This document shows, in pieces, positions 60,309 to 64,000 of a DNA stretch of 64,000 bases (position 1 is its first letter; each line of letters starts with the position of its first letter). The DNA lies in IMG/VR virus record IMGVR_UViG_3300037454_000194, positions 6,212 to 70,211 of that record; one strand, 5' to 3'. The DNA is from a virus (Duplodnaviria > Caudoviricetes). The position numbers and the translations under genes were made by a program. The notes under the pieces were generated by a model, which was given only the letters and a program-made list of their open reading frames with translations, had not been told where the DNA came from and searched no databases.

Positions 60309-60879
60309 GGATAAACACTCATTCCTTAGCGCGAGTAAATTCCATTGGATTAACTATGATGACGAAAAGTTAGTTCAGTCGTGGAACACATTTGAGGCAG
60401 CGCAACTCGGAACAAGAATACATGCCCTTGCTGCTGAACTTATAGAGCTTGGTGTTAGACTGCCTAAGCAGAAGAAGACGCTGAATCTATACGTGAATGA
60501 TGGAATAGGATACAAGATGCAGACCGAACAAGTATTATATTTCTCAGATAATGCTTTTGGAACTGCAGATACTATCAGCTTTAGAAAAGAAGCTAAGACC
60601 GGTAGAAATACGCTTCGTATCCATGACCTTAAAACGGGAACGATACCGGCTCATATGGAGCAGCTTATGATTTACGCTGCTTACTTTTGTCTTGAATATG
60701 GCTATAAACCTCGAGACATCGACATCGAGCTTCGAATCTATCAAAACGACGAGGTTCTTGTACACAATGCTAATGATGAGTTTAAAGAAGAAACTACAGG
60801 GTACGACATGATTGAACTTATCATTAAGAAAATCATCGCGTACGACAAAATCATCGATGAGCTTAAAATGGAAGGGTGA
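60280..60879 (+). CDS. PD-(D/E)XK (Cas4/YqaJ-like) exonuclease
   Basis: HSFLSASK, GTRIHALA, FGTADTI, IHDLKTG, QLMIYA. Confidence 0.8.
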   Translation: MKFNEHYRLKDKHSFLSASKFHWINYDDEKLVQSWNTFEAAQLGTRIHALAAELIELGVRLPKQKKTLNLYVNDGIGYKMQTEQVLYFSDNAFGTADTISFRKEAKTGRNTLRIHDLKTGTIPAHMEQLMIYAAYFCLEYGYKPRDIDIELRIYQNDEVLVHNANDEFKEETTGYDMIELIIKKIIAYDKIIDELKMEG

Positions 60880-60884
60880 TCACT

Positions 60885-63782
60885 ATGAACTTTGATGGCG
60901 CTTTGGTATATTCTGATGATGAGCTTCTTGAGCACTCTGGAGTTTCAAAGCGAGACGGAGCAAAAGTAGGATCAGGCAGATATCGCCTTGGTTCTGGAGA
61001 TAATCCATATCAGCATCTTGAAGGTCTGTATGGAGAGTATCGAAAACTAAAAAAGCAGGGTCTTTCCGATGGTGAAATTGCAGAGATGCTTAACATGTCG
61101 TCTGGAGATATGAGAGGACGACTGCAATATTATCAAGCACTAAAAAACAACAAAAAAATGTCTGATGCCGTATATTATCTAGATCAAGGTTTGACAATGA
61201 ATCAGATTGCTGAAAAGCTTGGCGTGTCTACGTCAACGGTATCTAATTATCTTAAAGCTTCCACTGAAGTTAGAGAAAACAAAATTATATCTACACGCAA
61301 TGCTTTAAAAGATAAGGTCGATACCGTCGGTTGGGTTGAAGTAGGAGACGGCACAGAAGCATGGATGGGTGTAAAGAAGACCCTTTTGGACGCGGCGGTT
61401 CTATCCTTATATGACGAGGGATACGAAGTATATTCTGACATAAGAGTTAAACAGGGTGGAAGCAAAAACTTTACTACACTTAAGGTTCTTGCCAAGCCAG
61501 GTATGACTCGAGGGGATATTCTCGCTGACAAAGGAAACATCGAAGCTACAATGGCGGATGTTAGATCTAGGGACGGTGGCGAAACTTTCGATAAGAAAGG
61601 ACCCCCGGTGAATATATCTTCTAAACGCATAGATATTAGATACGCCGACGATGAGCCCTCAGGCGTGGCGATGGATGGTATTATAGAGCTTCGCAGAGGT
61701 GTTCCGGACCTTAATATGGGCAATGCTCATTACGCACAGGTCAGAATCGCTGTGGATGGCAAGTATTATGCGAAAGGTATGGCCGTATATTCTGACGATT
61801 TGCCAGATGGAGTAGATGTTCGAGTAAATAGTAATAAGCCAAGATCTGGCGGTATATCTGAAGCTCTCAAGGCACAAAAACATGTAAATGGAGATAAGAA
61901 CCTCCCAATCGATGAGAACAATCCATTTGGAACAAATACCAAACAAGAGTGGGAACTGGAGAGAGCCAGTAATTTTTATATTGATCCAAAAGACGGAAAG
62001 AAAAAACAATCTGCTCTGAACTTTGTTAATGAAGAAGGCGGATGGGATGAATGGTCTAAAAACTTAGCATCTCAGTTTTTAGGAAAACAGCCACCCGAAT
62101 TAGCAAAACAGCAATTGAATCTTGATGTTCTCACCAGACAGCGCGAGTTTGAAAAGATTAAACAACTTACAAATCCGGTACTTAAAGCGGATCTGTTGTT
62201 AGACTTTGCTGACACATGTGATTCGGCAGCCGTGGATCTTAAGGCCGCAGCCCTTCCAAGGCAGGCAACTGCAACAATTGTACCGGCAAATTCATTACGA
62301 GAAAACGAGATATATGCTCCTCGAATGAAACATGGAGAAGAAGTTATACTTGTTCGTTTCCCACATGGAGGTATATTTGAAATTCCTAGATTGACAGTTA
62401 ACAATAAGAATAAAGAGGCTGAGCAAAGAATAGGAAACGCTGCGGTAGATGCCGTATGTATAAATTCTGAGACGGCTAAGGTGCTGTCAGGTGCAGATTT
62501 TGACGGTGATACAGTTCTTGTTATACCGACAAAAGGTCATAATATCGTTAATAAGAAACCTTACAAGGAACTTAAGGATTTTGACCCTCACGTCCAATAT
62601 GCTATGACAGACGAGGATATTTCTTCAGGAAAAGTTAAGTTATGGGAAAAAGGAAGTATGCGCGAGCATACGCAGATGGGTATTATATCTAACCTTATCA
62701 CGGACATGACGTTGCAAGGTGCTCCTGATGAAGATTTGATACCAGCAGTAAAGCACTCTATGGTTATAATTGACGTTGGAAAGCACAAACTTAATTGGAA
62801 GCAATCCGAAATCGATAATAACATAGACGCCTTACGAAAAAAATATCAGGTCAAAGTCGATCCTAAAACTGGTGATATAACTGGATACGGTGGGGCAGGA
62901 ACACTTCTCTCAAGATCGAAAGGTCAAGTAAGTGTACAGGCTGTTAAATCATATACCAATATTAACCAAAAAGGAAAGCCCTGGTACGATCCGACTAAGC
63001 CGGAAGGTGCCAAGATAAAGGTGCCTGATAATGAAATGGTAGCTGTTCGAAAAAAGACAGGAGAAATCAATCCAGAGACCGGTAAGCCAATATGGGAGAC
63101 CGTTGGGTATAAGACAAGAACCAGAAAGTCTTCCAGAATGATGGAGACAGATGATCCGTATGAGCTTACTTCTGGTGGTTCTAAGGAAAATCCTGGTACG
63201 CAAATCGAAGCAGTATACGCTGAATACGCAACCCGTATGAAAGCAATGGCCAACGAAGCTCGAAAAGAGTATATTAAGGCCGATAGCGAAGCTGAGAAGA
63301 AAAATCCAACAGCCGCTAAGACATATGCTAAAGAAGTAGACCATCTACTTTACCAAGTAAATGAGGCAAAAAAGAATGCTCCTCTTGAACGAAGAGCACA
63401 AGGTCTTGCTCAGATGACTGTTGAACTGGCAAAACAGAACAACATGAATATGTCTAAGGCTGAAGAGTCCAAAATGATGGATAAAGAGCTTAAACGTGCA
63501 AGAGAAATTGTGGGAGCTAGTCGATATAGAGTAAAAATTTCTGATAAGGAGTGGGAAGCGATTCAGTCAGGAGCTGTATCGAAGACGACTCAAAAAGAAA
63601 TATTTAGATACACTGACAACGATAGGCTTCGAGAATTGGCAATGCCGAAAACTCCAAAAGAGCTTCCTAAAGTATATTTAAATGCAGCGAAATCAATGGT
63701 TGATCGCGGCTATACGATAGCAGAGGTTGCAGATCGTTTCGATGTATCACCTTCCACACTGTCTAAACTCATTAATCAGTAA
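60885..63782 (+). CDS. Putative single-chain two-barrel RNA polymerase (YonO/QDE-1-like) with N- and C-terminal HTH domains
   Basis: AQVR..YAKGMAVYSDDLPDGVDVRVNSNK (DPBB-A-like); VILVRFPH..DAVCINSETAKVLSGADFDGDTVLVIP (DFDGD at 62496-62510); HTH patterns near both ends. Confidence 0.75.
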   Translation: MNFDGALVYSDDELLEHSGVSKRDGAKVGSGRYRLGSGDNPYQHLEGLYGEYRKLKKQGLSDGEIAEMLNMSSGDMRGRLQYYQALKNNKKMSDAVYYLDQGLTMNQIAEKLGVSTSTVSNYLKASTEVRENKIISTRNALKDKVDTVGWVEVGDGTEAWMGVKKTLLDAAVLSLYDEGYEVYSDIRVKQGGSKNFTTLKVLAKPGMTRGDILADKGNIEATMADVRSRDGGETFDKKGPPVNISSKRIDIRYADDEPSGVAMDGIIELRRGVPDLNMGNAHYAQVRIAVDGKYYAKGMAVYSDDLPDGVDVRVNSNKPRSGGISEALKAQKHVNGDKNLPIDENNPFGTNTKQEWELERASNFYIDPKDGKKKQSALNFVNEEGGWDEWSKNLASQFLGKQPPELAKQQLNLDVLTRQREFEKIKQLTNPVLKADLLLDFADTCDSAAVDLKAAALPRQATATIVPANSLRENEIYAPRMKHGEEVILVRFPHGGIFEIPRLTVNNKNKEAEQRIGNAAVDAVCINSETAKVLSGADFDGDTVLVIPTKGHNIVNKKPYKELKDFDPHVQYAMTDEDISSGKVKLWEKGSMREHTQMGIISNLITDMTLQGAPDEDLIPAVKHSMVIIDVGKHKLNWKQSEIDNNIDALRKKYQVKVDPKTGDITGYGGAGTLLSRSKGQVSVQAVKSYTNINQKGKPWYDPTKPEGAKIKVPDNEMVAVRKKTGEINPETGKPIWETVGYKTRTRKSSRMMETDDPYELTSGGSKENPGTQIEAVYAEYATRMKAMANEARKEYIKADSEAEKKNPTAAKTYAKEVDHLLYQVNEAKKNAPLERRAQGLAQMTVELAKQNNMNMSKAEESKMMDKELKRAREIVGASRYRVKISDKEWEAIQSGAVSKTTQKEIFRYTDNDRLRELAMPKTPKELPKVYLNAAKSMVDRGYTIAEVADRFDVSPSTLSKLINQ

Positions 63783-64000
63783 AGTATATTTTTGAGGTTG
63801 TTATCAGTCGCTCTTAAAAGCCCTCTTATACGAGAGTCCTAAAAGAGCCTTCTGATGGGGCCCTATTACCTCCTAAAGTATATTTTTGAGGTTGTTATCA
63901 GTCGCTCTTAAAAGCCCTCTTATACGAGAGTCCTAAAAGAGCCTTCTGATGGGGCCCTATTACCTCCTAAAGTATATTTTTGAGGTTGTTATCAGTCGCT
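63780..64000. repeat. Perfect 94-bp tandem repeat, at least 2.3 copies, runs off the window end
   Basis: TAAAGTATATTTTTGAGG... recurs at 63780, 63874, 63968. Confidence 0.95.

Larger units (their letters stand above)
1..64000 (+). mobile_element. Segment of a large tailed dsDNA phage genome (siphovirus-like); no integrase or host genes seen in the window
   Basis: Tape measure-Dit-Tal order, endolysin, primase/helicase/PolB/SSB module, dense co-oriented small ORFs, HNH genes, tRNAs. Confidence 0.95.

Noticed and set aside
462-63344. All other minus-strand and nested alternative-frame ORFs in the track
   Set aside because: They overlap better-supported + strand genes that have RBSs; no minus-strand copy of the promoter motif was seen
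63780-64000. CRISPR array
   Set aside because: The units are identical over 94 bp with no variable spacers; the 60280 nuclease is a generic PD-(D/E)XK protein and no cas operon is present
1-64000. Stop-codon reassignment (TAG or TGA recoding)
   Set aside because: Genes tile densely under the standard code; TGA ends many genes and TAG ends some cassette-region ORFs without fragmenting recognisable proteins; the TAG-anticodon tRNA is Leu(UAG), not a suppressor
1-64000. Integrated prophage or temperate lifestyle
   Set aside because: No integrase, att site or host flank in the window; the excisionase-like and XRE HTH genes alone are not sufficient

Overview
The window is a contiguous, entirely + strand stretch of a large tailed dsDNA phage genome (siphovirus-like tail module). 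The AGGAGGT ribosome-binding sites, CHAP/peptidoglycan-binding lysin and sigma4/alpha-CTD protein suggest a Firmicutes (Clostridia-like) host; this is inference. Gene order: end of tail module (partial tape measure, Dit, Tal, fibre-like genes, 1-9 kb), lysin (10.3-11.1 kb), about 40 kb of mostly short accessory genes (nucleotide metabolism, HTH proteins, macrodomain-like, Tad2/DUF2829-like and pentapeptide proteins, a large conserved two-gene module, two tRNAs plus a tRNA-like leader), an iteron-type putative origin at 50.8-51.2 kb, then the replication module (helicase-primase-exonuclease fusion, PolB domain, SSB, SF2 helicase, VRR-NUC, PD-(D/E)XK nuclease, HNH genes). The window ends with a 965-aa protein carrying two-barrel RNA polymerase motifs (QxR..KG and RxP..GaDFDGD), followed by a 94-bp tandem hairpin array. 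The most striking signal is non-coding: about 26 copies of TTTTCA-N5-TATAAT-G with an invariant 5-nt spacer and no conserved -35, most followed immediately by a hairpin starting at the G. They head autonomous promoter-hairpin-RBS-ORF-terminator cassettes, several of which hold only a structured RNA or an 11-codon ORF. The working hypothesis is a phage-private transcription system (YonO/QDE-1-like single-chain RNAP plus this promoter class) driving an exchangeable cassette array. No database searches were run, so family names come from motif recognition only.
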